Shown here: one piece after another, positions 35,257-46,836 of the stretch
How positions within the stretch are numbered: position 1 is the first letter of the stretch
Layout of the letters: every line of letters starts with the position of its first letter
NCBI GenBank assembly: GCA_963785235.1
Contig: CAWAUM010000005.1
Span: 480,001-544,000, forward strand
Reading direction: 5' to 3'
Length of the DNA: 64,000 nucleotides
Source: an uncultured delta proteobacterium
GTDB lineage: Bacteria > Desulfobacterota > Desulfomonilia > UBA1062
Program-made: the position numbers and the translations under genes
The notes under the pieces: model-generated
Seen by the model: the letters and a program-made list of their open reading frames with translations, nothing else
Databases searched by the model: none
Told to the model about the DNA's origin: nothing

Positions 35257-37116
35257 TCATTCACCTGCCTGTGCAAGTCTCTCCTCAAATTCCGCCTGGT
35301 GCTTCTCAAATAGGGGTTGCATTTTCTCAAGCTCGGCAAAGTTTGCCTCAATAGCCTGTTCACTTTCAAGAATGGCATGGGAGATCTCAAATATCTTTTT
35401 CCCATCCTTACTCATGGTTGCGTTCTGTATCTGCACATGAAGTTCTTTAAGGATATTCTCATGCCGGTCAATTTCGCCTTCAGCCTTGGCTATCCTTTTT
35501 TCAATAGGGCTCAATACCTTGGAACGTTCAGTGATGATCTCAGAACGTTTCTTTCTCAACTCCTTCTTATTTGTTTTACCTTCTCCGGGATCTGAGAGTC
35601 CTTCTCTTTTCGCTATTGGCTGGATTACCTCTTCGTCTTCCCAGCCACCCTTATCGAGAAATCGCTGATAACCGCCTTCAAAGATCTCTATAGAATCATG
35701 GTAGAATATTATGAGTCTTTCGGCCAGTGCGTGGAGGAACATTTCGTTATGGGTAACCATGACAACTGCCCCGTCAAAGCTATCAAGGGCTGCTAGCAGG
35801 GCATCGCTTGTCTCCATATCGAGATGGTTTGTAGGTTCGTCAAGCAGCAGGAGATTGACCGGTGTCACCAAAAGTTTGCCCAGCATCACCCTGCTCTTCT
35901 CGCCTCCTGAGAGTACCTCGATCTTTTTTAGAGCAGAATCACCCTCGAACATTATGGCGCCGCAAATGTTGCGTACCGACTGCCTGTCAAGATCACCACC
36001 TGCATAAAATATTTCATCCTCAACAGTTCGTGAGTCAACAAGGGTCTTCATGTTTGTTTGCTCATAAACACCCTTTATAGTTTTAGGATTATTGATGATC
36101 TCTCCATTATTGGGCTTCAGTTGGCCTGCAAGCAATCTAAGCAGGGTTGTTTTCCCTTTCCCGTTTGGTCCTATGATGCAAACCTTTTCTCCTGGACGTA
36201 TAACAATGTTGAAGTCCTTTATGAGTTCGATTTCCGGGTTGTAGGAGAAAGATAGGTCATTGGCCTGTTGTGCATATTTTGCATAGAAGGGTGTACCCCG
36301 GAAAGAGAACTCCAATGTCTTGATTTTTTCCAGTTTCTCTTTCCTATCCATCTTGCCGAGAAGTTTAATCCTTGATTGAACAAGCCCGACGAGCCGGGCC
36401 TTGGCCCTGAAATGGGCTATGAACTCTTCAACCTCCTTGCGTTTGCGATCATCATTGACACGCGTCTTTTCATATATCTCTTCTTCCTGGGCAATCTGAT
36501 TATAGAACTTCTCGGTGCCTCCCTCTATCTTGCGCATCTTTCTTCGGTGTATACCCATGGTGTGTGTGACTATCCTATCCATAAAGGTCCGATCATGGGT
36601 GATAAGGATCAGCTCTCGCGGCCAGGTATTGAGGAAGCGCTCTATCCAGCGGATAGAGGTAATGTCCAGGTAGTTGGTAGGCTCGTCCAAAAGAAGAAGG
36701 TCCGGATCTGATACAAGGACCTTTGCCAGATTGAGCCTCACCTGAAAGCCTCCGGAAAACTCGCTTGGGTGACGGTCCATGTCATGTGTGGAGAAGCCAA
36801 GACCGGCCAGGACCTTTTCCACCTTCCAGTGCTGCTCTTTTTGGGTCGCAGGAAGACCTTTCATCCCCTCTTTGAGTACAGACTCCTGGGTGAATCCAAG
36901 CTGCTGAGTAACATAGCCGATCCGGTAGTTTTTGGGTATCACAATGGACCCGGCATCAGGCTCATCTTCACCGGTGATAAGACGCAGTAACGTTGTCTTC
37001 CCATGGCCATTGCGGCCCACGAGTCCAACACGTTCTTTAGGATTTATCTTGAAGCTGATCCCTTCGAAGAGCACCTGGGGTCCATAGCTCTTCCAGAGAT
37101 TATCAATGCTGATCAT
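35257..37116 (-). CDS. ABC-F family ATP-binding protein
   Basis: Two ABC domains (GRNGHGKT, GPNGKGKT; LLDEPTN twice), no TM segments, C-terminal coiled coil. Confidence 0.93.
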   Translation of the reverse strand: MISIDNLWKSYGPQVLFEGISFKINPKERVGLVGRNGHGKTTLLRLITGEDEPDAGSIVIPKNYRIGYVTQQLGFTQESVLKEGMKGLPATQKEQHWKVEKVLAGLGFSTHDMDRHPSEFSGGFQVRLNLAKVLVSDPDLLLLDEPTNYLDITSIRWIERFLNTWPRELILITHDRTFMDRIVTHTMGIHRRKMRKIEGGTEKFYNQIAQEEEIYEKTRVNDDRKRKEVEEFIAHFRAKARLVGLVQSRIKLLGKMDRKEKLEKIKTLEFSFRGTPFYAKYAQQANDLSFSYNPEIELIKDFNIVIRPGEKVCIIGPNGKGKTTLLRLLAGQLKPNNGEIINNPKTIKGVYEQTNMKTLVDSRTVEDEIFYAGGDLDRQSVRNICGAIMFEGDSALKKIEVLSGGEKSRVMLGKLLVTPVNLLLLDEPTNHLDMETSDALLAALDSFDGAVVMVTHNEMFLHALAERLIIFYHDSIEIFEGGYQRFLDKGGWEDEEVIQPIAKREGLSDPGEGKTNKKELRKKRSEIITERSKVLSPIEKRIAKAEGEIDRHENILKELHVQIQNATMSKDGKKIFEISHAILESEQAIEANFAELEKMQPLFEKHQAEFEERLAQAGE

Positions 37117-37177
37117 GCGCCTAGATTATATAAACATCGCCTTGCGTCAAGCGCGATCTGCACCCTATGGTAAAATG

Positions 37178-37810
37178 CTATTTACAAGAATATCCGACCA
37201 GTACTTGTGTGCCATCCGGGCCTACAATGACACCCCTTCCACTGAAGTAAATAAGGACCCCGGCCCCCCATTGCATTTCCAACGGGTACTCCGGATCATC
37301 ACATGCAGCCTTATAACCTCTGCCAATATCACTTGGGGGAATGCCAATATAGGTCTTATCTAAAAACCAGCTCGAATGACGCCTAGGATCGGAAGGTTGC
37401 CCTTTTACCAACCATGATGGAAAGACCTTTACAAAACCGGTATCTTGGCATCGGATAGCTTTTAATTTAGCCCTGATATCGGCTGTGTGAGTTCCATGAC
37501 TATTCTTGGCTAAATAGTTCGAATAGCCAATAACCGTTCCATCTTCCTTTGCCTTTTCGTAGAAAAATGTTTCCAGTTTTATTTGGGCCTGCTCAGAGAA
37601 GGGGCTATTTGGATGTTTCTGCAAATACTTTTGATATGCTTTTATTGTATCAATATTGCGGGCCTCTTCCCAGTCAACTTTGGTTGTCGAACAGCCCATG
37701 GATATAAAAAGAATAAGCACGATTAGATTCCATCTTAGAATTGACAACCTATCTACCCTCCATGCTGAATAATTCCTTATGCATCTATTCGGTGAAAAAA
37801 ACAATCCCAT
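37178..37810 (-). CDS. Hypothetical lipoprotein
   Basis: Lipobox-like ISMGC; repeated AYQKYLQKHPNS / GYSNYLAKNSHG helical motif. True start probably later than 37810. Confidence 0.6.
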   Translation of the reverse strand: MGLFFSPNRCIRNYSAWRVDRLSILRWNLIVLILFISMGCSTTKVDWEEARNIDTIKAYQKYLQKHPNSPFSEQAQIKLETFFYEKAKEDGTVIGYSNYLAKNSHGTHTADIRAKLKAIRCQDTGFVKVFPSWLVKGQPSDPRRHSSWFLDKTYIGIPPSDIGRGYKAACDDPEYPLEMQWGAGVLIYFSGRGVIVGPDGTQVLVGYSCK

Positions 37811-37992
37811 GAGAATGGTATTCTATAAAAATATGATCCGATGACGAATGAGCACTTGAAAAAATACTGCGTCGACCTCACATATAGAGCAGCAACAGAC
37901 TATATCAGAATCTCCTCTTCGGGGGGCTGCAAGGGCTCCCCATTTTTTTATCACAATGCCTGGTTCAGTTCATCTCCTCAGGCCAAAGACAG

Positions 37993-39117
37993 TTATCTCA
38001 ATGCAATCTGCAAAATGGGCCATTTCCTGTCCATATCTTCCGGGCTGGTGATGCATCGAAAGATCCGAGTCCTGAGACTGGAAAAAATGAGGTTATGCAG
38101 CCTTAATGAACGAACGTGTGGGCTGGATTTTATAGTTTTCTCGAATTTCTTTCTACTATCTTGTGTCCACCCACCTGAGCGCATAACGTCGGCAGCAAGC
38201 AAACCTGCTGTATAGCCGATAAGAAAAGATGTCTTTATGCCACTACCGCCTCTTGCCTGGACATGGCCCCGTGCATCTCCTGCCATAACAAGCCCCTGTC
38301 GTGGAGAGAAGGGATAGAGAATCCCACCCATAGGGAGGCAGGTCTCAAGTTCATAGAAGGTCTGGGTTCCTTCCAGCAGCTTCCCAAATTCAGGATGAAA
38401 ATAACTGAATTCATCAAAGGCAGGTTGAACGCGGTTTCCCATCGAGGTGTCAAGCAATATGAATTCAGCCTCCCCTCCTCCCCGCGGGAACATAGTCCCG
38501 ACCACAATACCTTCGGGCTTGATATGGAAATGATACTCAAGCTGTCTTTCCTGGCCTGTATATCCTCTTACGAGACGCTTTATTACAGGCCTATCCATAC
38601 CGCTACGATCCTGTCTTATGTGATGCGAAGCAGGATCATTGCAGCCTCCACATGAAAAAACAACGTCTGCCAGGAACTCTTGCGGCACACCGTCCTTAGA
38701 TGCCATTACTCCACCTACAATCCCCGAGTGTTCAAGGAGGGCGTCAACATGGAGGCCTGTAAGGAATCTTACCCCTGAGTTTTCTGCCAGGCCGGCAATC
38801 TCATTGATAAGGTCAGGCCAAGAAAAAATGATATTGGGGTTTTTGATCGCACGCTCAATTTGGCATTTGCCTGTATGGGAGAAGTATCGGCGCTGGTGTA
38901 CCTTTCTGATAGCTATACGTTCGAAGAAACCATGACCGAGTATCTCTTCCATATGCATATCTGCACGAATGGTCTCTCCTCTACGGACCAAGCCTAATTT
39001 TTCCTGCTGCTCAATAACTGTCACGGCAATTCCCTTGCGTGCGAGGCCTAGGGAAGCACCCAGGCCGGCAGGTCCGGCACCGATAATAACAGCCTTTAAG
39101 TATGATCTGGCGTTCAT
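37993..39117 (-). CDS. FAD-dependent oxidoreductase, geranylgeranyl reductase family-like
   Basis: IIGAGPAG Rossmann motif, MFPRG, LPMGG, MAGDARG...GGSGI. Confidence 0.8.
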   Translation of the reverse strand: MNARSYLKAVIIGAGPAGLGASLGLARKGIAVTVIEQQEKLGLVRRGETIRADMHMEEILGHGFFERIAIRKVHQRRYFSHTGKCQIERAIKNPNIIFSWPDLINEIAGLAENSGVRFLTGLHVDALLEHSGIVGGVMASKDGVPQEFLADVVFSCGGCNDPASHHIRQDRSGMDRPVIKRLVRGYTGQERQLEYHFHIKPEGIVVGTMFPRGGGEAEFILLDTSMGNRVQPAFDEFSYFHPEFGKLLEGTQTFYELETCLPMGGILYPFSPRQGLVMAGDARGHVQARGGSGIKTSFLIGYTAGLLAADVMRSGGWTQDSRKKFEKTIKSSPHVRSLRLHNLIFSSLRTRIFRCITSPEDMDRKWPILQIALR

Positions 39118-39121
39118 CTTC

Positions 39122-40207
39122 TCATAATCCTCTCATATGATTTGCGAGCCAACTCTCAGAGTTCTCAGCCTTCTTCAAGAGGGTCTTGAAATGATCAAGA
39201 CAGTTCTTTCGAATAAACTCATCCAGATCTTTGTACTCGGTTGGAATTGGCAATACGGAAGCTGTTAATTCCAATTTATTAATAAGGCTTATTGCAGCAC
39301 GCGTAGCATCAATTTGTTGTTCACTGCTGCCCAGAGCCAGTATGAAATGCCTTGTCCCGAGAAAGGCGGCTGTCTGAATCTGTCCGGCTTTCACCCCGGC
39401 GTTTCCAATACCGATGACAGGCTTCAATCTGGCCTGGTCCAGGAGCAGGGCATCAAAGAATCCTTCTACTACAATGATCTCTTCCTGGCCGCGTGACCGG
39501 TACATGAGAAACGGGATATCATTCAGGCATGAGAAGTCGGTCAGTAAACTGTAGGAGGCAGAACCATCGGTCCTGACATCCTTGTGTATAATTCCCATGA
39601 GCCGCCCCGATGCATCTCGGTATGGTATAGCAAGCCCCGGTGAATCAGGACCGGCTTTCCATAGCCGGGAAAGGGTGCTCTCAAGATGACCCTGGTTGAA
39701 ACCCTGGTTGAGAAGACCTTGCATTGTCTTGGAAAAACCGGGGTAATAACCAAGAGACATACCCTCTACTTCAGACATAGAGTACCCTCGGTTATAGAGA
39801 TAGTGAAGGACTTCCTCTCCCGGCTTTGACCATAGTTGCGTAATGTATAGATCCATGGCAGACTCGAGTATCTTGGTCCGGAACAGTTCAGTCTCCCACT
39901 GTTCCTCACTATAATCCCTGATCGATATGTCACAAGCGCGTTCAAGGGTTTTTAAGGCATCATGAAAAGATAGACCTTCCTTTTGCTTGAGGTATTTGAT
40001 CCAATCTCCCCGGTTACTACACGCAAAGCAGAAACATTCGGGTCTGTCGCCATAAATAAGCAATGTGGGCAACGGATCTTTATGGAAGGGACAGCATGAA
40101 ATAAAGCCGGTACCTTTTCGCTGGAACAACCCAAGCCCGCCGAAGAGCGTCTGCTGATATTCTCTATTAATCAGGGTTGCATACACCTTCTCTATTGAGG
40201 ACAGCAT
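39122..40207 (-). CDS. DnaG-like protein (CHC2 zinc finger + degenerate Toprim)
   Basis: CPFHKD...CFAC, YLYNRG, IPYRDASG, VVEGFFD, KDLDEF; no DxD at the expected site. Confidence 0.8.
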   Translation of the reverse strand: MLSSIEKVYATLINREYQQTLFGGLGLFQRKGTGFISCCPFHKDPLPTLLIYGDRPECFCFACSNRGDWIKYLKQKEGLSFHDALKTLERACDISIRDYSEEQWETELFRTKILESAMDLYITQLWSKPGEEVLHYLYNRGYSMSEVEGMSLGYYPGFSKTMQGLLNQGFNQGHLESTLSRLWKAGPDSPGLAIPYRDASGRLMGIIHKDVRTDGSASYSLLTDFSCLNDIPFLMYRSRGQEEIIVVEGFFDALLLDQARLKPVIGIGNAGVKAGQIQTAAFLGTRHFILALGSSEQQIDATRAAISLINKLELTASVLPIPTEYKDLDEFIRKNCLDHFKTLLKKAENSESWLANHMRGL

Positions 40208-40277
40208 GGTAATCCTTTTCTAAGGGTTCTAAATAATATCATTTTCAATAAAAGGGTTTTAGAGAAAAAGCAAGACT

Positions 40278-43200
40278 TCAGCCATCCAATACTTTTCGAA
40301 GCTTATCGGTGAGAATGTTGACGGAAAAGGGTTTCTGTATGAAATCCACCCCTTGTTCAAGAATGCCATGATGGGCAATCACATCGTCGGTATATCCCGA
40401 CATATAGATTACCTTCAATACCGGGTATGAGCCCTTGAGCCTTTCATAGAGCTCCGGTCCGTTAAGCCCCGGCATGATGACATCGGTAAGCAGAAGGTCG
40501 ATGGAGCCATCATACTCTTGGATTGATTGTAAAAGCTCATCGGTGTTGCTTGCGGTTAACACATTATATCCGCTCATTGTGAGAATATCGAAGGCGAGTT
40601 CTCTTACCCCTTCGTTATCTTCTGCAATTACAACTGTTTCTGTACCTTCTTTGATCTTTGTTATTACTTTTGATGTGACGAGATTTTCAGGAATACCCTC
40701 CACCCGAGGCAGATAGATCTTGAAGGTCGTACCTATGCCTATCTCACTATAGACGACTATATGACCGCCATGCTGCTTGACTATGCCATAAACGGTTGCC
40801 AGGCCAAGGCCTGTTCCCTTTCCTCTTTCTTTGGTCGTAAAGAATGGCTCAAAGATGTTTTCCATGATCTTCACGTTCATGCCCGAACCGGTATCGGAAA
40901 ATGTCATGGTCACATATTCTCCGGGCAGCATATCCTGACTGGGTAATGTGTGGGTCCCATCAACAATTACATCATTAATTTCAATAATTATTGTCCCACC
41001 TTGGGACATGGCATCCTGGGCATTCACAGCAAGATTCATCAGGATCTGGCCCATCTGACCCACATCCACGCGCACAGCACCTTTACTGACGTTCTGTCTT
41101 ATCTGGATTGCTATATCCTCGCGGATTGTCCTGCGGAGCATCTTGCCATAACTTGCCACAACTTCTGCAAGATCCACTACCTTCATCTCAAGGACTTGCT
41201 TGCGGCTGAATGCAAGGAGTTCCTGGGTAAGGGTTCGTGCATTTTCTGCAGCCTTCTTGATCTGGGATAAATTGTCAAATAATGGATTATTCTCATGCAT
41301 ACCCGCCAGGATGATCTCAGCATAGCCCAGAATAGGGGAAAGCATGTTATTGAGGTCGTGAGCTATACCGCCTGCGAGCCTTCCCACAACCTCCATCTTC
41401 TGGGCCTGGAGGAGTTGGTTCTCCATCTTCAACTCTTCGGTGATGTCCCGTGCGATACCGATCACAGCCACAGGATCACCTTTCTTATTCTTCAACATGA
41501 ATGCAGACATCAGGGTAGGAAAAATCGTACCATCTTTCTTTACATGCCATAGATTGTCCCTGTGGCTGCCCTTTTCTAAAGATTTATTATTGAAAGGAAT
41601 AACCCAATTTTCCAACTGCTCTTGGGTGTGAAAGATATTGATGTGCATACCTATGACTTCGTCAGCCGTATAGCCATGCATCATTGCCCATGCACGGTTT
41701 ATATAGAGAATTTTACCCTCAAGGTCTGCCATTACAATACCATCAAGAGACTGCTCTATGGTTTCGCTATGCCGCTGGAGTATCTCTTCGGCCTTTTTCC
41801 GCTCGGTGATGTCTCTGATACTCTCTATTGCACCGGTAACATTTCCATTGCTGTCATACAGGGGCGCTGCTACTACCCAGATATATGCCCCCTTGCCTCC
41901 GTACAGATAAGGGGCAAAGGTCTCGCTGATAAGCTTATCACTGTCCTTAACGACGTAATCATATTTTTTCTCAATCTCTTTATTATCTTCTAAAATCAGA
42001 TCTGCAAGCGCAGGTCGTGCCTGGCCATAAAAAGGTATGGCATATTCATACCGGCCCTGGCTCATGATATCAATCTTGGATACGCCCGACATATCCTCCA
42101 TGGCTCGATTCCAGGCAATGATCCTGCCCTGGCGATCTATGGCAAAGGTCGCATCAGGAAGAAAATCAATGATGTCAGAGAGCCTGCGTTCCGATTCCCT
42201 CAATGCGTCCTCGGCAATCTTTGTCCCGGTGATGTCAACCGACACACTGAGTACTGCAGGGGTAGATTCATCCCAGGAGAGCAATGGGATCTTATTGGTC
42301 TGGACAAAGCGTGTATGTCCATGTGCATCCATGATCTCTTCTATGCCGATGTTCCGGGGTTGTCCGCTGTCCAAAACAGCAAGATCCTTTTCGTGCATTG
42401 TCCGGATCTCATCTGGTGAACGGACAAACGCGACATCGTTCCTTCCTATGAGCGCTTTAATTGTAGTGTCGAAAAATCCAGCCACTGCCTTGTTTACCAG
42501 GATGAATCTGCCTTCTTTATCCCTGGCATAGATATAGTGGGGTACCAGGTCAATGATCTGCCTCAGGCGCTTTTCCCCGAATTCCAGGCTCCTTTGCCGC
42601 TCATGCAGCCTTTCGATCAAAACGCTGAATTCACGCGCAAGTGTTCCGATTTCATCACTGCGCTTAGTATCAAAACCAATGGCGCCCTCTTTTGAGCCCA
42701 CGGTAAGGACGTTGTCCGTCAACTTTGACAGAGGCTTCAGGATTATGAAACTCATGAGGACGGAAACGGAAATGAGTATGATGAAACCTACACCTATAAT
42801 AAAGGCCATTCCAAGGTTATAGGCCCACCTGCCCTCTATCATGATTTCCCGGGGCATGGATGCCTTCAGGATTGATATGGATTTTCCTTCAATATCCCGC
42901 AAAAGGCTGTATGCATGCATCTCATCAGGTGTAGCCTCAATAAGCTTAACCGGCGTCCCCTTGTTCAGTGCCTTAACGATTGTCCCTAACCCTTTCGGGA
43001 GATTCGGGTCCCCTAATGACCAGGCATCGAGTTTTACACTGACCTGTTCCGAAAGGATGGACCGCATTTCCTGATTGAATAATCTTCCCATAACATAGGC
43101 GCCATGGCTTGGCCCTTTATTATTTGAGTCCAGTATGGGGTTTGAAGAGATAAAAAGAATCCCGTAACGGGTCAATATAAAACCACTGATGGACTTATCA

Positions 43201-43640
43201 GGGTTCTTCTGATTGACAATAGTATGAAATACATTCGAGCCCAGTTCGACTGAAAGATCCAGGGGTATCTCTTTACCTGTTTGAAGATCATAGGTCTTGC
43301 CCCATACCAGGCGGCCATGAGAGTCGTAAACATGCATCAGGTTCAGCTTCTGATTCTTGAATGTCTCTGCTATAAGGTTTGCTGTGATATAGGCCTTGTT
43401 TCCATCAAGGGCGAACTGGTAGGAGTCATCCCAGTTTGACCAGTCGCTGTTGAATGATTCCAGGTGCTTCACCTCCCTGTCTAATGCCGCCACGCAACGG
43501 TCCATGTTGCGCATGGCGATGCGTTGGTCGAGATTAGAAAAGCTCTTCAGTATTATAAGCCGGAATACACCGTAATATGCGATTGTCAGGATGACCATGA
43601 TTGCTACAAGAACAATCACCATCTTGCTCTTTAACTTCAT
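40278..43640 (-). CDS. Hybrid sensor histidine kinase (CHASE4-HAMP-PAS x3-HisKA-HATPase-REC)
   Basis: DWSNWDDSY (CHASE4), SDEIGTL, PAS repeats, [23 protein letters not shown]...[16 protein letters not shown]. Confidence 0.93.
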   Translation of the reverse strand: MKLKSKMVIVLVAIMVILTIAYYGVFRLIILKSFSNLDQRIAMRNMDRCVAALDREVKHLESFNSDWSNWDDSYQFALDGNKAYITANLIAETFKNQKLNLMHVYDSHGRLVWGKTYDLQTGKEIPLDLSVELGSNVFHTIVNQKNPDKSISGFILTRYGILFISSNPILDSNNKGPSHGAYVMGRLFNQEMRSILSEQVSVKLDAWSLGDPNLPKGLGTIVKALNKGTPVKLIEATPDEMHAYSLLRDIEGKSISILKASMPREIMIEGRWAYNLGMAFIIGVGFIILISVSVLMSFIILKPLSKLTDNVLTVGSKEGAIGFDTKRSDEIGTLAREFSVLIERLHERQRSLEFGEKRLRQIIDLVPHYIYARDKEGRFILVNKAVAGFFDTTIKALIGRNDVAFVRSPDEIRTMHEKDLAVLDSGQPRNIGIEEIMDAHGHTRFVQTNKIPLLSWDESTPAVLSVSVDITGTKIAEDALRESERRLSDIIDFLPDATFAIDRQGRIIAWNRAMEDMSGVSKIDIMSQGRYEYAIPFYGQARPALADLILEDNKEIEKKYDYVVKDSDKLISETFAPYLYGGKGAYIWVVAAPLYDSNGNVTGAIESIRDITERKKAEEILQRHSETIEQSLDGIVMADLEGKILYINRAWAMMHGYTADEVIGMHINIFHTQEQLENWVIPFNNKSLEKGSHRDNLWHVKKDGTIFPTLMSAFMLKNKKGDPVAVIGIARDITEELKMENQLLQAQKMEVVGRLAGGIAHDLNNMLSPILGYAEIILAGMHENNPLFDNLSQIKKAAENARTLTQELLAFSRKQVLEMKVVDLAEVVASYGKMLRRTIREDIAIQIRQNVSKGAVRVDVGQMGQILMNLAVNAQDAMSQGGTIIIEINDVIVDGTHTLPSQDMLPGEYVTMTFSDTGSGMNVKIMENIFEPFFTTKERGKGTGLGLATVYGIVKQHGGHIVVYSEIGIGTTFKIYLPRVEGIPENLVTSKVITKIKEGTETVVIAEDNEGVRELAFDILTMSGYNVLTASNTDELLQSIQEYDGSIDLLLTDVIMPGLNGPELYERLKGSYPVLKVIYMSGYTDDVIAHHGILEQGVDFIQKPFSVNILTDKLRKVLDG

Positions 43641-43762
43641 CGACAAAACTCCTGGTGTCCATCTTCATGAGTATTGTTTCGAAGATGAATAAAAGCTTCT
43701 TGTGCTCCATAGATATCATTCGGTACCTGACATGATTTACTTCAGTGAAAATGTTTTAAATA

Positions 43763-43849
43763 GGTCTGTTCAAAATCTCAATCTCGCAGCTTTAGACCGA
43801 CAAATTAAGCATGCTGCAAATACTGCGAGATTTAGGTTTTGAATAGATC
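43763..43849. mobile_element. Short MITE-like element with about 27-bp imperfect terminal inverted repeats
   Basis: ggtctgttcaaaatctcaatctcgcag ... ctgcgagatttaggttttgaatagatc. Confidence 0.5.
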
Positions 43850-43884
43850 AGTTTTTTTCCTCTTCTTATACGCAATATCCGGCT

Positions 43885-44875
43885 TTATGCCCTGGTCATT
43901 ACCGGACAGGCAACCTTGTGGTCATTGCCGACATCCACAAGATAAGGCCCTTCAATACCACAGGATGCCTCGGCATAAGTGCACCTGGGGTGAAAACTGC
44001 ATCCGGCAGGCGGATTGATGGGGCTCGGGATCTCGCCTTTGGGCATGGCATGGGTCCTGCGGAATCTGGGGTCGGGTACCGGGACTGCATCCAACAGCGT
44101 TGCCGTATAGGGGTGAACCGGATTTGCAAAAACCTCCTGAAGGGGTCCTATCTCCACGATCTTGCCCAGGTACATGATGGCGATATGATCGCAGATGTAC
44201 TTGCAGGTCGCAAGATCATGGGTGATAAAGAGGTAGGTAAGGTCGAACATCTCCTTGCATCTGACCATGAGCTCCAGGATCATGGCGCGGACCGATACAT
44301 CTGCCATGGCAATGGGCTCGTCCGCCACGACAAAGTCCGGGTTTGTAACAAGGGCCCTGGCTATCACCACCCTCTGGCGCTGCCCGCCCGAAGCTGGTGA
44401 GGGTATTTCCGGTAAAGGAATGACGCAGGGGAGAGCCCCACCTTCTCCATCATGTCCAGGGTTATTTCCCGGGCTTCGGAACCGTTCGCTATCCATGAAT
44501 GTGCAATGGATGTGAAATGGCCTTGCCCACGGACATCCGCGGGCTCAGCGACGCGTACGGGTCCTGAAAGATCACCTGCATCTTTTCCCTTAAGCACTCC
44601 ATCTCTTCTTTGAGTAGCCGGTGATGGCTTCGCCTTTGTAGAAAACCTTGCCGGAGGTCGCATCCAGGAGCTGCAGGATCATCCTGCCGGTGGTGGTCTT
44701 GCCCGAGCCGCTCTCGCCCACGAGCCCCAGGACCTCGCCCTTTTTGATTATGAACGAGACGCCGTCCACGGCCCTTACAAACCGTTTTTCCTTTGCAAAG
44801 AGATTTACCAAGCAATCCCTTCTGGAGAGGAAAGTGCATGATGAGGTTTTCAACCTTGATAAGTTCTTCAGCCAT
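43885..44875 (-). CDS. Peptide ABC transporter ATPase (DppF/OppF-like), multiple frameshifts
   Basis: Fragments [38 protein letters not shown] spread over several frames. Confidence 0.85.
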
Positions 44876-44880
44876 ATCTT

Positions 44881-45849
44881 TTACCTGTAGAGCCAGCAGC
44901 TCACCTGATGACCGTCCCGGGCAAAGATTGCGCGGTCTGTTTTTGCGTGCAGATATCCATGACATGGGGGCACCGCGGATGAAATACACATCCTGAAGGC
45001 GGATCCACAAGGTCGGGTGGGCTGCCGGGCATGGTTACAAGCTTGGGTTGATCGAGCTTGATGTTGGGAATTGAAGCCAGCAGGCCCTGGGTATACGGAT
45101 GCATGGGTTCATCGAAGAGGGCCTGGGCAGGTGCCGACCTCTGCGATGGTACCGCCATACATCACCGTGATGCGGTCTGCCAGCTGGGCGACATTACCCA
45201 GGTTATGGGTGATGAGGATGATGGTGAGGTTGAACTGGTTTTTCAAATCATTCAGCAGATCCAGGAACTGGGCCTCCACGATCACATCCAGGGCGGTTGT
45301 GGGTTCGTCGGCAATGAGAAGATCAGGGTTCATGATAAGGGCAAGTCCGATCATGATGCGCTGACGCATGCCGCCCGACATCTGGTGCGGGTACTCATGC
45401 AGCCGTTCCCTGGCGATACCAAGGCTTTCAAGCATGGACTCCGCCTTGTGCAGGGCATCTTTTCTGTTTATGCCTTTTTCATGTGTCTTGAGTGTTTCAA
45501 TAAAATGCTCACCGATAGAAAACAGTGGGTTGAGCGAGGTGAGCGGGTCCTGGAAGATCATGGCGATCTTGGAGCCTCGCAGAGAAAGAAGTTCGTGCTT
45601 TTCCATGCATACGATGTCCCTGTCCACGGTAGATGATCTTGCCGGCTGCAATCCGTCCCGGCGGCCTGAGGAGCCGCAGGATGGAAAAACCCAGCGTGGA
45701 CTTGCCGCACCCGGACTCGCCCACCAGGCCCATGACCTCGCCATGCTTCAATTCCAGGCTCACCCCATTTACCGCCCGGACCGTGCCGATGTTGATGGGG
45801 AATTCCACCTTGAGGTCTTGGATATCAAGCAAGGTTCACCGATGTTCAT
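44881..45849 (-). CDS. Peptide ABC transporter ATPase (DppD/OppD-like), multiple frameshifts
   Basis: [54 protein letters not shown] in different frames. Confidence 0.85.
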
Positions 45850-45854
45850 CAGGC

Positions 45855-46738
45855 TTATCGCTCCAGCAGCCGTGGGTTCAGGATCTCGGCAAGGCCTTCA
45901 CCCAGCATGGTAAAGCCGAGGGCCAGCACGGAGATCATCATACCGGGAAAGGTGATGAGCCACCAATGCCCGAAGGCAGGTACTTCTTACCCATGGCCAG
46001 GTCCATGCCCCAGTCCACAATGGAAGGCGGTAAAGCCCAGGCCGAGGTAGGTGAGCGCTGCCTCGATCATGATGGCGTCCGCAACATTCAGGGTGAACAC
46101 CACCACGGTGGTGGCGATCACATTGGGAAAGATATATTTCATCAGGATGGTGATACCGGAGGCGCCGATGGCACGGGCAGCCTCGACATAGAGCTCCTGT
46201 TTGATGGCAAGGGTCTGCCCCCGAACCAGGCGGAAATAAGTGGGTATATAAATGACGGCAACGGCAAAGGTGATGTTGATCACCCCGGGGCCGAACATGG
46301 CTGCCAGGGCAATGGCGAGAATGAGGCCGGGAAATACATAAACCGCATCCATGACCAGCGACAGGGCCCTGTCGATGGTCCCGCCTGCATAACCCGAGAG
46401 CAGGCCGAAAAAGATGCCCATAAAGGAAGAGATGATTGCTGCCAGCACCGAGACCATGAGGATGGTCTGGGACCCATACACAATGCGGGACCACACATCC
46501 CTCTGCAGGTTGTCCGTGCCCATGAGATGCTCGCCGCCCGGGGTGGCGAGCTGCGGGCCGGTATTCTGGTCGTATGGATTGAATGGGTAAAGGTCTGCGG
46601 GAACATCGCCATGTAGATGATGGCCAGGATGATAACGGCCCCTGCCACGAGGATCCACCACTCCAACCCATATTTTTTACCCATCCTGGCAAAGGCATTG
46701 AATGGCCTTCCCAGCCCTTGTGCCATTGAATATTTCAT
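45855..46738 (-). CDS. Peptide ABC transporter permease (DppC-like), frameshifted
   Basis: HLMGTDNLQRDVWSR, YVEAARAIGA (EAA loop), IFPNV, EAALTYLGLG; ends LNPRLLER. Confidence 0.85.
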
Positions 46739-46771
46739 GATGCTCTATTCCTGACCATGCCCTTTTGGCAC

Positions 46772-46829
46772 AATCGCGGCTAAAGCCGCTCCTACAATTG
46801 CCTCTTATCGGGCAGGCACAAGGCCTGCC
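46772..46829. repeat. REP-like palindromic units between the permease genes
   Basis: aatcgcggctaaagccgctcctac matches the unit at 3665-3688; followed by ggcaggcacaaggcctgcc. Confidence 0.65.
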
Positions 46830-46836
46830 GTCCACG

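Noticed and set aside
46766-46780. TGGCAC as a sigma54 promoter
   Set aside because: The -12 position reads CGGC rather than TTGC, it overlaps a REP unit, and it is antisense to the operon.
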